Source: Octopus vulgaris (taxonomy: Eukaryota). From it: DNA of 64,000 bases. The notes under the pieces are model-generated. The model did not search any database. It worked only from the letters and a program-made list of their open reading frames with translations, and was not told where the DNA came from. Positions 1 through 13,800 of the stretch are shown piece after piece. Position 1 is the stretch's first letter, and each line of letters opens with the position of its first letter. Location of the stretch: NCBI GenBank assembly GCA_951406725.2, contig OX597832.1:40486001-40550000 (forward strand), in the 5' to 3' direction. A program made the position numbers and the translations under genes.

Positions 1-559
1 TTAGATGGAACATTTTTGCACAATTTTGTAAATATACACTATAGTTTATACACACAGTAGTTGTTTCTTTTATGGTATGTAAAGAAAGTATTATTTGATG
101 ATGAACATTCTTGTAATAATTTTTATTATTTTATCTTCTAAAAATATTTCGATACTTCATTTTCAACTCATTCCGAAAGTAAAAGTGTATTTTAATTTTT
201 CTCAGAGTGGTTCCTAAATCAAAAACGGAACAATTGAGGAATAAAAATTAGTGGAACATTAAGGGTGATATTCCCATTGCTTAAGTCAAATCCTACAAAT
301 ATTTTGTTATTAAATTCATAACTGACGCAAATGGGGTTATTAAATTCCCGAATGTATTGAAAAATAATTGATAAGAGTAAAATCAACAAAAAATATACGA
401 GATTCAGTTGCTTTTCAGAAAAATTGTGATTTTCTTCATTGCCCTGTGTGTGTGAGAGAGAGAGAGAGAGAATCAGACAGAGAAAGGCCATGCTGGAGCA
501 ACGCTTTGAAACATTTTAGTCTAGCGAATCGACCCCAGTACTTTCTTTTAAGCCTGGTC

Positions 560-2425
560 AATGTCAGAGTCTCTCCAACGTCAGGCTGCATTGCCCAAGC
601 GATTTGGAGGTCTTGGTCTTCGTAAGTGTTTGTAGAACGACCGTGCGAAAGGAAAGGTGACGAATGAATGACTCCTTTATTACACCGCACGGTCGCCTTA
701 CAATAAAAGCCAAAAATGGAAGAAATGAATATGAGTGCCAGAAAGGAAAAAGGAAGACGACACAACCGTAGAATGTTAAGAGAAATGGTTTTATTTAGAT
801 GTTAGCAGAGTGTGTGTCTGTGTGTGCGTCATAAGTACATATATAATAAAAACAATAATAGACAGGCCATCAAGCATACATAATGTGTAGGTATGTACAA
901 ACAAGGGTGTATGCATGTGTGATAAAATGCAGAGCATAGAAAGAGTCTACAATAGGATGTTAGTTGAATGTTCCATCCGTAGTAAGGTACACAATAGTTG
1001 AAGAAGCTGAGGCAAAAAGGACAGAGCCAGTTACTGCATGTGTTGTGTAAGAGGTTGTGGCTACAATGCCACTGTCGGGTTACTTGATACAGGAAGATTT
1101 CACAGGTAGTTCTGGCTGTTAACCTTGGTGAAGTGTTCACAAACAGCATAGAGCTAAACCTTGGTGAATGTTGCTGTGTACGTAGAGATGTTGTTGGCAC
1201 CGATAAGACGAAAGCGACGGAGATGGAGGTCCTGAATACTGCTGGACGAACGAGTAGATTCTCCAAGTTGTTCCTGGTGTAGTCGCTGGAACTGACTGTG
1301 TCGCTCTGTGGTCAGTAGTCTAGAACCAAAGACGCTCGACTCGATAAATCGCTGTTTTTATAGCAAATTATAGGCTCAAACAGAGCTTTAGGAAAACTGT
1401 GTCACGGGACCTTATCAGAAGGTTGTGATTAGTTGGGTTGCATATTGGTGCATAATAGAACAAGAGATAAACTGCGCCAAAACCAACCAATCAGAGTAGT
1501 GGACACAACAGGGCCCAAGCGGCCGAAGGTTAGCTGTTATCTGCTACGTCCGTATTTATGTTATATATAACAGAGAGAGAGAATTTCACTAAGCGTACGC
1601 TACATGTTCGTCCCTCTCTCCCCTGGTTCCTTTCCTCCACCCACCCTGGTGAGCAACATCCTCTCCTCTCCAACATGGACCAGTTTCAACGGGGCGTTGG
1701 ATGAAGCTCTGCAACACTAGAGGGAATTGGACTTGTCTGCTCCTGAGAGGGTGGAGGACAGTCGGTGTCAGAGAGTTTGGGATAACATAATTTTGATGGC
1801 CACCTTCGGCTCCTTCTTCATCCAGTCAGACCAGTCTTCAAGGTGCCGCTTACTGTCTGCTAGAGCCAAATACTCGGGTGCCTCGATTGATGCCATCCCT
1901 GTGGCTAATGTTGGTGGCCTACTCAGCTTGGACAAACTTCATGTCTCCATTGCCCTCAGAGTGAGAGCTGACGTATGCACAGGTTTAATCTGTCGTTGTG
2001 ACAGGCTCTTCAACTCCACAGGCCCCTATGGCCTTTCTTGTTGATGAATGCTGGTCACTTCATGCGTCATATGGAGCTGAACCTGATACTCAATAGGAGC
2101 TTGGCCTGGGCAAATACCTCCTCCATCTTGGAACCATCTAAATTGTCCAGATGTGATGGGAAGAGACTTGATGGCCTCACCCTGCGACCCTGGTCGTGAG
2201 GCAGATGATTTGTCTGGAATGTCACTGTTAGCGACTCCTTTGCTTCTTCCCACATCCTGGATGCTGTGGTCAGGGCGAGATCAACGGCTTCTGCGGCCGA
2301 ACAAAACAAAATCCTGAAATACCGCGATCTGTCGGCCGACTACATTTTCCATCCTGTGGTGTTCGAGAGGTTTGGTGGGGTCGGACCACTAACTGCGAGG
2401 TTCCTGTCTTCACTGGCAACTTCAG
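560..2425 (+). mobile_element. Decayed CRE-like non-LTR retrotransposon (end of RT, Cys motif, RLE endonuclease), interrupted by LTR-like DNA at 627-1572
   Basis: QAALPKRFGGLGLR at about 582-623; SIALRVRADVC..C.C at about 1945-2000; DGKRLDGLTLRPW and AEQNKILKY..YIFHPVVFE at about 2155-2370; stops present. Confidence 0.75.
627..1572 (-). mobile_element. LTR-like insertion(s): probable solo LTR 774-1572 plus a partial LTR 627-773
   Basis: TGTT..AACA termini; TATA-like box at about 1355-1362 on -; AATAAA near both 3' ends on -; no clear TSD. Confidence 0.45.
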
Positions 2426-2564
2426 TATAGGAAACATTCACAACCCAATAAACCACTATTGTTCCCGGAAAATATTTTTTTAATATTTTCTACAGATTGC
2501 ATGAAACTCACTTTCTCCTTACACCTTGATCCTTGGATCTTACATTTGTGTATATATATGTGTA

Positions 2565-2634
<70 letters not shown>

Positions 2635-2643
2635 TATCCAAAT

Positions 2644-2940
2644 TAAGCAACAAGAATATCTTCGGTAATTTGGTACGGTTGTTTCACGCTACATCATTTT
2701 ATTAAACATTGTAAGTATTACATCAGTTTCAAAATGTTGAGCAATCATCAGCCATTTATAGAGGTTTCCCATCAATACATATACTTATTTCCATGTTAAG
2801 TATATGTATTGATGGAAAACCTCTATGAAAGGCTGATGATTGCTCAACATTTTGAAACTGATGTAATACTTACTATGTTTAATAGAATAATGTAGCATGA
2901 AACAATCGTACCAAATTACCGAAGATATTCTTGTTGCTTA
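2644..2940. repeat. Near-perfect palindrome with about 144-bp arms, possibly a Penelope-like terminus
   Basis: taagcaacaagaatatcttcgg..ccgaagatattcttgttgctta; 9-nt loop at 2788-2796. Confidence 0.85.
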
Positions 2941-3028
2941 CTTTGATTATAATCACCCCAGGGATTTATATGGATAACACTGTACAAAATTCTGATGCAT
3001 TTGGCTTAAGTACCATATTCATTTAATC

Positions 3029-3094
<66 letters not shown>

Positions 3095-3300
3095 GTGGTA
3101 AGACTTCAACAAGTAGAATAGCACTCGATCAGTTAAGAGAGTATAATGAAAATCACAATTCTGCCAGCTTGCTGCCTTTTTGCGCTTAGCAATAATGGTT
3201 TCAAATTTTGACACAAGGCCAGTATATTGGGGGAGGGAGTTGTCTCACTTAGGGACTACTAATTATTTAGATAGATAGAGAGAGAGAGAGGGATACGTGC

Positions 3301-3349
<49 letters not shown>

Positions 3350-3404
3350 TTATATATATATATATATTATATATATATTAAATATAAATATTATATATTT
3401 ACAT

Positions 3405-4420
3405 AAACAACCTTTCCAGTGTCGTACATTACTGCAAAGTGAAAATATTTGCTGATGACACTAAGCTCCAGCAAATCGTCAATGAAGAAGCAGACCGAAC
3501 TCAACTCCAGTCTGATCTATATGCTGTGAGTCAATGGGCAGACAGAAACAAAATGCAACTGAATGAGGGAAAATTTGAGCTGATGCATTTTGGAAGAAAT
3601 TCCTCACTAAAACAGCCATACTCTCTTCCTTCAGGGGAACCGCTCACAGCCTCTAACAATATCAGAGACCTGGGTGTAATTGTTGATGACGATCTCAGTT
3701 GGAGTGCACACATCAACAAGAAGGTCGATATAGCTCGTAGGATGAGTTCCTGGATCTTAAGAACTTTCCGGTCCAGAGGACAAGGTGTCATCATACCACT
3801 TTTCTCCTCCTTTGTACGGCCACACCTTGAATATTGCTGCCCACTGTGGTCTCCCCATACAAGACAAAACTTCTCCAGGATTGAGTCACCCCAGAGGGCA
3901 CTCACTAAACGAATTGAAGGCATGGCTGCTCTCGATTATTGGGATTGCCTTAAAGCCTTGAAACTTTAGTCTCTCCAGCGTTGCTGTGAGCGGTACATCA
4001 TTTGTACGATGTGGAGAATATACCGCCAACTTTGCCCAAATGATCTTAACATTAGCTTCAAGGTTCATCCAAGACTGGGACCACAGGCCATACGTCCCCT
4101 GCCCAACTCAAGATCACAGCATACATGTACACGGCAACATAATTTCTTCTCCTCAACAGGCCCTGCCCTATTTAACATTGTCCCAAGGGAGATCAAAGAG
4201 GAAAAGGATCCCATCAACTTTAAACGGAGTCTGGATAGATTCCTTCAAAGAATACCAGACAAGCCACCCATAATTGGATACAACTCACCCAACAAGAACT
4301 CACTACTTGAATGGACCATAAACAAAACTTGACTTAAACAGGATTCGAATAATCCTATCAGGTGGTGCTATTAAGTTAGACATGGCCTGGACCAATCTTT
4401 GGTCGAAACATATCTAAGTT
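3405..4420 (+). mobile_element. CR1-group LINE, 5'-truncated (end of RT plus 3' end)
   Basis: KIFADDTKL, RDLGVIVD, VRPHLEYCCPLWSP, FKRSLDRFL; internal TAG at 3967-3969. Confidence 0.9.
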
Positions 4421-4489
4421 TTATATATATATATGTATGTATATATATATATATATATATAATATAAATATATATATATATATATGTAT

Positions 4490-4555
<66 letters not shown>

Positions 4556-4742
4556 ATTATATATGTGTGTGTGTGTGTGTATTACATATATATATTTATT
4601 TATTTATTTATTTATTCTAACTTGTCAACCCGTGTCTGAGATAGAAGAAAGAAGAGCAATTTCTGAAGCAATATTCGGACAGCAGTTACTCCCCTTGTTG
4701 CAGGTGGCGGTAATGTAGTAGAAGTAGTTTCTCGGCGTGAAA

Positions 4743-4874
4743 ATGGCTGTCGGTTGCGATCAGGCTGTCCTCTGTAACATCGTACAAAACCAACTCGCTC
4801 ATTTGGGCGAGCCGAACATCGACAAATTCCACCTCCTGCATCTCATCGATGACTACCAGCTTTTCTCCTACGAA
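4743..4874 (+). CDS. PELP1: PELP1 exon 1
   Basis: AAAATGGCT start; MAVGCDQ..DDYQLFSYE; donor gtaaat, phase 0. Confidence 0.72.
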
Positions 4875-7800
4875 GTAAATGCCAATTCTTTTGTTGTTTC
4901 ATCCAGAAATCGAATAGTTTGTGTATAAAAGGCCGCCAGCCAGTCTCAGCACGTGTATCTTACGAGGCATGGGTCGGTGCCTTGTTGTGTTGCCGGATTA
5001 CTTCGATATTTAGATATATATAAGCATTTCAGAATACAACGGGAGTTATAAGTAGAGTGTTGCTTTGCTATTAAATTGGTTGGGTTTGAATTTAGTACAG
5101 ACTTTTTGTCTTTATTGATAAATGAATTCATAAATCAATGTAAAATAATAATGAAATTATTGTGTACAGTGCTCAGGTGCACCACAACTTGTCAGAGTAT
5201 ATGCAGTAATGTACAAATGTCTGGAAAGTGAACAGTGTATGAGTCAGATCCATGCTTGCTTGTGTGTATGGAGGGGAGGAGAAAGATCAGGTGTAGTGTT
5301 GGCGAATCTCAGGAAGCATGGAAGTTTTGAAGGATGCAGTGCTCCGACAACTAACGGACTTCTTCCCGTTTTGCTTATTGTTTACATTTAAATAATAGCT
5401 TTTCGATGCTCCCCTCCTCTGTTAAGCACCAAGTCGTTTGTATATGTGTGTGTGTGTGGAACCAAAGTTTTTGAAACAGCAGTGAAGAAATCTCCCTTAA
5501 TCCATTCTGTTGATAATTTAGTAATTCCTGCTTCCCTTCTCAAGACCCAGAAGGATGGATATAAGCTGGGCTGTGCAAGTTAAGTGACTAATGCATGTTT
5601 GTGATCTAGTTAGCTAAAGCAATATCTACCAGGCACTGATGTTGTCGTGGTTATAGATGACAACAAAGTGACTTTATCGGTGAGAGGAACTTCCAACCTA
5701 TCAGCTCTTACCTCGGCCGGCTAATTGGCAGTGTTAATTACTTTTTATAAATGCTCTGTATAGGATGTCGCACAAATGCCTTGTAACATCAAGTTGAGCT
5801 TCCTTAGGATTCAAATAGGCATTCAAATACACTTATCATCCTTTGAGATGGAAAGTTGACTTTAACTATATCCTTCCCTAAAATGTGACACTTTCTGCCA
5901 ATGTTCTTCTCATTATTTAGCCTATTGTGGACATGAGATAGCTGAATGGATGACCAACTCATAGATAAGAAGTTCAAAACTGCTCCAATCATTTTGTTGT
6001 ATTTCTAGACAGAACACACGACTTCAGTTCACCCAACCCTCAAACGTAACAACTCATTTGGCGGATGTTGATGTACCATTATATCCCAAACAAGTTATTT
6101 GTCCTCAGTCATTCCATGTAACCAATTTCAAGCCCTGGTCCTTAAAATCCTCCTTGGAGGGTCTTTTTTGTTTGTGTGTGTGTGTGTTAAAGATCAGTAC
6201 CCTTGACCCTTTACATAGCCTCTAAAACTGGTGAGAGTGAGGGAAGAAGGTATGCTCAAACTGCAGGCCTGGCCTGAATACTGGCAACAGTACAGACTCT
6301 GCTGAATCACCCAGAGTGCCCGGTAATAGTGTTTTATATTGTAATGGACTAAATATGCCACGTACATAGGCCGTGATGAAATTTGAACTCAGAATGCAAA
6401 GAGCTAGAACAAATACCACAAGGTGTCCCATCTGACTGTGACATTTCTGTCAGTTCAACAGTCTAGAACAGGGGTGGGCAAACTACGGCCCGCCATAGGT
6501 TTTCATGCGGCCCGCCGAGAGCTTTTATGAATCCCAACTTCTATGCAGATACTTCGTAACTGTACGGTAATTCACAATATTTTCACTTGATTTTTATAAA
6601 TGAGGCCCGCCAAGATTCCAAAGACGCACTGTGCGGCCCGCGATCAAAAAAGTTTGCCCACCCCTGGTCTAGAACGATACTTTAGAAAAGATTGTTTACC
6701 TCCTGATAAACCTTATTTGCTCTTACTGTTCTTCTTTCCCTCATAATGTCACATTGTCCCTGGTCCCTTTCTATAAAAGCAAACTTTGGTATGTACACAA
6801 TTCATTAATTGTGACTTAATTTTGATACCCTTCTTTTCCAGAAATCACCAGCCCTTGACAAAGTTTTTAAGGAAATCCACACACTCCTTGAATCACCAAA
6901 ACACAGGTAATTTTTATTTGCTATAAATTCTATACTTTACACAATAATAATCTTGTCCTTAAAGTGAGATAATGCTCTTCGCAGGTTCTTAGCACTGTCA
7001 CACTATAACAGAGGTAAAAGCTCTCTGAACTTTCTCCATCTTATTTTAGCAATTACACTTTCAGTACATCCTCCTCTCCTGCTAATTAGGTCATCTAGGG
7101 AGCAGAAATTAGCTATGACTTCTAGAAGGCCTTTGGGGCATTTGAGGAAATCATTTTCCCGTGTATTTATGGTCTTTATGGCTCCTGTACATCTTGCACA
7201 TACAAACACTACTTTCTCTGTTAACCTTCCATTGCACCTTTTGTGTGTCTATATCTTGCACATGGAATTTCTGTCTACACATTTCCTACCTATCAAGTAG
7301 GGTCATTTACCAGAAGTGGGTAGGGTCCTGTCTGATTTATTACTTACTGGGACCTTGATCTTTGCTAAGGTAATTCTAAGGCCCTTTGATTCCAGGTTGT
7401 GTTTCCACACCTGGAATCTTTCTAATTTCATTATAGATTCTGTTACGACAGTCAGATCATCAGCATAGAGTAGGTCCCAAGGGCTTCCAGTCTTAAATTC
7501 CTCTGTTATGACCTGGAGGATGATGATGAATAGGAAGGGGCTGAGAACCAAACCTTGGTGAACACCTACCTGTGCATATGTAGTAGAATGTAATGTTAAC
7601 CCTTTTGTTACCAACCCGGCTGAAACTGGCTCTGGCTCTGTAGTACAATTGTCTTGTTTTCATAAGTTTTGAATTAAAATTTTTCACCAAACCTTAGTCA
7701 CAATTTATGTTCCTAACACTAGCTTAATGATAATGAAGTTATTTTACTAAATTCTTTGTTATGTTTAAAGTAATTGAGAGAAACACAGAGCATCTCAAAA

Positions 7801-10800
7801 TAAATACAGTAACAAGGGGTTAAGGGATCAATGTAAGTTGTCCGGTGTAGCAGATGTTAGGCGTGTTGGATTGGTGTCAATGAAAAAGCCTGATTTGAAA
7901 TATAAACAAATATATACTGCTACGTAATGCAACCAACTACTTCGAGTCGGCAAAGTTGTGTACAGAGAGCAATGTGCAAAGTACAATGGAGGAAAGAGAA
8001 TGTTGATGGGACAAGACTGTACAAAGACATACTTTGTGTCTGTGTGTGCGTTCACCCATCGCTTCTGCTGCGTTGTCTCTCCACCTCGTTTGCTTTGTCA
8101 GGTCCATAGCTCTCTCTCCGGTCTCTCTTGGCTCACTCTGCTGGCTGTCCATATCTGACTACGGAACTGGTATTTGTAATGGCCCGTTCTAGCTAGAAGG
8201 ATGGATATACCATTATAAGAGTAGCTTATGTTCATTTAGGCCACTTACTGTCCATTTGAACTTTCCATGACACAGCCAGGTCGGAGGTTGAGTGGAAACC
8301 CGTCAATCACTTTGACAGGACAAAGGGATTTTCCCGCTTGGTCAGCAAATAGCGGGAGGATCCAGGGAGTGAGAATTTTTAGATTCTGTTTCGAATCTCA
8401 GCCAGGAAAATGAAATGTAGTTTTCACACATATATAAACACACACACATATATATATAATGATATATGCATTATATATCATACATACATCTCACTACAGC
8501 TTAGACATTTTTAAAACCATACAGCATTGCACTGTGACATCTCCTGTTATTGATTTACAGATGGTTTGGACTGCTGCTGCTGCAACGTGCTGCATGTCAG
8601 TGCAACAATGACATCCAATCAGACCATGCCAAATATTGGTTGGAAAAAACATTGTCTTTCCTCAAGGTGAGTAATCCCAACATGTTTTTTTACCTTTTCT
8701 TTACTTTTAAGATACATCTGTTTTTTTCATGACACTACAACTGTTGCTGCAATTTATATATATATAGGGTGCATGGCAATTGACATGGCACCTGTTCAGA
8801 CAATTGTAGGTGCAGGAGTGGCTGTGTGGTAAGTAGCTTGCTTACCAACTACATGGCTCCAGGTTCATTCCCACTGCGTGGTACCTTGGGCAAGTGTCTT
8901 CTACTATAGCCTCAGGCCGACCAAAGCCTTGTGAGTGGATTTGGTAGACAGAAACTGAAAGAAGCCCGTCGTGTATATATATATATGTGTGTCTGTGTTT
9001 GTCTCCCCAACATCGTTTCACAACCGATGCTGGTGTGTTTACGTCCCCGTAACTTAGCGGTTCGGCAAAAGAGACCGATGGAATAAGTACTGGGCTTACA
9101 AAGAATAAGTCCTGGGGTCGATTTGCTCAACTAAAGGCGGTGCTGCAGCATGGCCACAGTCAAATGACAAATAAGTAAAAGAGAGTGAGCTAATGTCTGG
9201 TATGAACATTTGATCACTACAAACAAACCATTTGTTCAGGTCATTTGGCAAAAGCTGAACACTCATATGCCATCTTCAACAAAAGAATCCATCATATATA
9301 TATATATATATATCCACCTCCTTGGACATGTTACCTTAAAGATACAAATATTATCATAGGAGGAGTGAGGATAGTCAGACCTCACCTGATATACAGCAAA
9401 CTCACTAGTGCTGATGTCACAATAAAAGGGATTTCTTTTGTAGAGCTGTACCACATAGTGGTGGTTTCATTTACAGTTAAAGTGAATTAAGCTAGTGAGA
9501 GTTAAATGTCTAAGGCAGTGGTACTTAACCGTTTTAATATGTGGGCAGATCCAAAACCTGGACTTTTTGGGGAAGAGTTGGGGTGCAGCTAGAAAAAAAT
9601 GTGAAACACAAATCAATTAAAGAAAAATTTATATTCATATAGATGGTAGACCGTCAGGGGCCTAATGTGTCCCTGAAAATGCATTTGAGAACAACTGGTC
9701 TAAGGTGATAGTTGTTGGTTGTGGGGTATAACTTTCTCTCTAGTATCACATCATCATTTTAACATCTGCTTCTCCATGCTTGCATGGGTTGGACGGAACT
9801 TGTTGAAGTGGGTTTTCTATGGCCTGATGCCCTTCCTGTTGCCAACCTTCACTTGTTTCCAAGTAAGGTATTATTTCCCTAACAGTTGATAGACCAAAGC
9901 TTTATCCACCCAACCAGCTTTAACTATTAATGTTGTGGCTTGTTTGTTCTATGTTGATGTTTTGGACTTTATTGATGTTTGTTTCCGTTCCAGCCTCACC
10001 AGCCTCTTGAGGTCAGAATGATGAGTTTCCACACCTTCTGTATGCTGCTGCGACATATATCTGACAAGAAGAACCTGTCCAAGTATTTTGATACTCCTTT
10101 CTTGAACTCCTTCATCCACATGTGTCTGTCAAATATTACCTGTGTAAGTATCGTTTCTACAAGCTCCCTTTTATCATCTGAAAATGTAGTTAGCAATCAG
10201 AACACCTGTGAAATAAAGTACATGATGATGTTACCTGAGTGATGTAATTAATGATAGTGTCTATAAGGTATGTGTAAGGAGTGTAATATTCTATATGCAG
10301 GGTTGGCCCAAAGTCACCCGACAGTAAATCAAAGTTCCATAAATGCTTAATATTCAATTTTGTTTATTCATTCTAATTATGAATATTTAATAATTGGATG
10401 CTGTGAGTTAAAATCACCGTTTTTGTTTTGTTTTTTTTCAACATTTGTCTATTTATTAGCAAAATCTCATAAAATAATTTTTTGCTTTAATCTTGGAATT
10501 ACATGGATTTTGATTTGCTGTCAGGCGACTTTTGGCCAACCCTGTAGTAGTGAGACAGTTCTGAACATAACATCGTCGTAAGACATTTGATACTGAATGC
10601 AGAAGATCAGTAACGTTATATAGTGTTAAGACATTAGTGCTAAATGTGGAAGAAATCTGTAGACAGTGCACAGAAATCAAGTATGGTTCAGTAGATGTGC
10701 AAATGTTAACTACCATGAGGCGAGTTTAAGGATTAGTTGAAAAATGCAAGGGAACCAACTTGGCTTGTCATGATAAGTTATGTGAATGTAAGATGTATGT

Positions 10801-13800
10801 ACTTGAAAATATTCGATTGTGGGTGACATTGACTGTTTTTTTTTATATCTTAATAAAATTTCTATTTCTTTTACATTTTCAGTGTCCAAATCAATCAATA
10901 CAAAGCTTGACCTACTGTGTGGAAAAGTTCCCTCAATCTGCTGATCTTTTTAAGGTGGGTTCAATGTTGCTATTTCATGGCAGGTACGCTGTTACTATTT
11001 TGTGGTGGGTATATTGCTGCTTTTTAGTGTGGCTATACTATTGCTATATTAAGGTGGGTACAGTATCACTATTTTATGATGGTACAGTGTTGATACTGTG
11101 AGGTAGGTAGAGTAATTGCTATTTTGAGATTCGTACAGCACTGCTGTCTTTTTATGGGTAAAATGCTTATGGGTGCAGGCATGACCAAGTTTTTAAAAAT
11201 CCACTTCACAATCAACCTCACATGGCATTTTGGGCAAGCATCTTTTACTGTAACCTCAAGTCCACCCAACATGTGAGTCGAATTGTGTAAACAGTGCAAC
11301 CCTTCAGTTGGGCTGTATCTGTAATTCAAAGGACCATCTTTGTCAATGTTACACAGATTCTGTTTGACGATTAAGGATATGGAATACTCATATGATGTAA
11401 CACAATGAATAGTAGCAATACCTGACCCAAATGTTCTACTTTATTTTGTGATCAAACCAGCCAGATCCAGTCTCTCATACCTAACCTATAATGTCATTCT
11501 AAAAATATATAATCAGATTATTGAAATGTTAAAGCTACAAGATCATATGGGATTAATTCTAAACAAGAATTACATTTCACAGTAATCTGAATGCTAAAGG
11601 GTTAAGGATACATGTTTCTGTGGAATACTCAGTCACGTATGCTGAAACACAATGAATAGGTTCAGTTGATTGAACAACAGGTATACTCTGTGAAACCTAC
11701 GGAGGATCCATTCATTAGTGCTGTTTTAAGATTGGTAGAGTATTGTTATTTGAAGGTGAGTAATGATGACAATTTTTGTGTCTGAAGATCACAAGGAAGA
11801 GTCTTGGAGAGATGCTAACCATATGCAATACTTAGATTGTCTTTAATGGACAGAAAGGACCATCAGTGCCACAGCTCTTTTCAAAGAGACAGCACAGTAA
11901 TAAGCTAAAAGAAAATGGAATACAGCGTGGATCTTCTTGAACATCTTGTTAAATCCAAGGAAATTCATACATTTTGTGACATCAGTCTCTTTGTTTGTTT
12001 GTTTGTTTTTCTTTTTTCTAAATGTTTCAGAGATACTTTCAATAGTTATTAGATATAATGGCTATAAAAATAATTAACTTCTAAATCCAGAATAGAGTAT
12101 ATACTTGTTGAATATAATTTTAATTGTTAAGCATTTGACTGGAGCTCCTCTAGCAGTTTTAGTTTTATATGTGGCGTTAGGAAGGGCATCCAGCTGTAGA
12201 AACACTGCCAGATCAGACTGGAGCCTGGTGCAGCTTCCTGGCTTCCCAGACCCCGGTCGAACCGTCCAACCCATGCTAGCATGGAAAACGGACGTTAAAT
12301 GATGATGATGATGATGATATACCCTTGCTAACACTAATGAGAGTGGATTAGCAGAATTGGTTGGGAAGCTGACAAAAATGTCTTGTATTGGTTTGTGTCC
12401 CTTTTTTAATTCAGTTCCTGCCTAATGCAACATTGCTTTTGCTGACATCAATGAAATAAACACTGAGAATTAACCCTTTAGCATTCAAGCCAACATATAT
12501 ATCAGGCCTGATATTCTACATTCTTTATGCTCAACCAGGGCAGATCTGGTCACCTCGTGCCCACCCTACATCATCATTCCAAAACTGAAAAATCACATCA
12601 AAGTCTGAAAGCTACAAGAGAATGCATGATTAATTGAAAATTAATATGAATTAATAAGCCTTACATTTGACTGGATAATCTGAATGCTAAAGACTTAATG
12701 TAATCAACCACACTCATGTTTGTCTTGTATTCTTTTTTTTCTTTCTTTCTTTAGCATCAAGTAGGTGAAGACTGGATCAATAAACTTTTTCTCCAGAACA
12801 TTCCTGCTAAGGTATGTGTAAGCCATTCTTTAACAATCTCTCCTCCTACCCATGGCATTGAAACTGTTTATTTTCAGTGTAAATACTTATATTGTTTGTA
12901 CAGCTGCAGGCAGCACACACATGCGTGTACACTCGCTCAGACATATACCAGCAGTTAATCACTGTGTGTGTATGTGTACAGGCTGTCCATAAATTACTGT
13001 TACAAATTGGAAAATTCCATTTAAAAAAAATGAAAATTAAGGATAACTCAACAAAATTGTCAAAACAGTTTTATTAGACACATCAGAACAGTTCCATATG
13101 GGTTGCATTGGTTGCATGCAACATCTCGAAGATACAATACAGTAAATTAGGAGAGTTGTAAAAATGAATTTTATATATATACACACTACACACACACATA
13201 TACATACATACATACAAATACATATATAGGCACAGGGTACTGTGTGGAAGAAAGTTTGCTTCCCAACCTTGTGTTTCCAGGTTCCGTCCCACTGTGTGGC
13301 TCCTTGAGAGTTGTAACAAATTCTACCAAGACATTCTATCCAACTGACAGCTCAGTTGGTTGATCACCTTTCTGTTTTAAAATTCAAAATTTTTACCAAA
13401 CATGATCTCTAATCTATAGTAGCTATTTTCTTTTTTTTTATAGTCTATACGAAATTGTCATTTCTTTACTGTGTACTTCTTCATTCCTCAGCACTTGTCT
13501 GCTCCAAATGCTCTCTACCCCCCCCCCCCCCCAACACTGACACCCTTCAGCACTATCCTCTCCTACCACTGTACCCTTCCAGTACTATCACCTTCCAACA
13601 CTGTCACCCACTAACACTATCACCCTCCAGCACTGTCTCTCTTCTACACTATCACTCTTCATCACTCTCTCCCTCCAACATTGTCACCCTCCAGTACTAT
13701 CTTTTCTCCAACACTACCTCCGTAACATCTCCCTTCCACTCTATCCCCCTCCTCCAACGCCATCTCCCTGTCTTTAACCAGTTTCTTGTATCCTCTATTT

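Noticed and set aside
2422-4718. YIYIYI-type ORFs here and at 47351-48425 and 49209-49734
   Set aside because: Translations of (TA)n/(CA)n microsatellites and minisatellites
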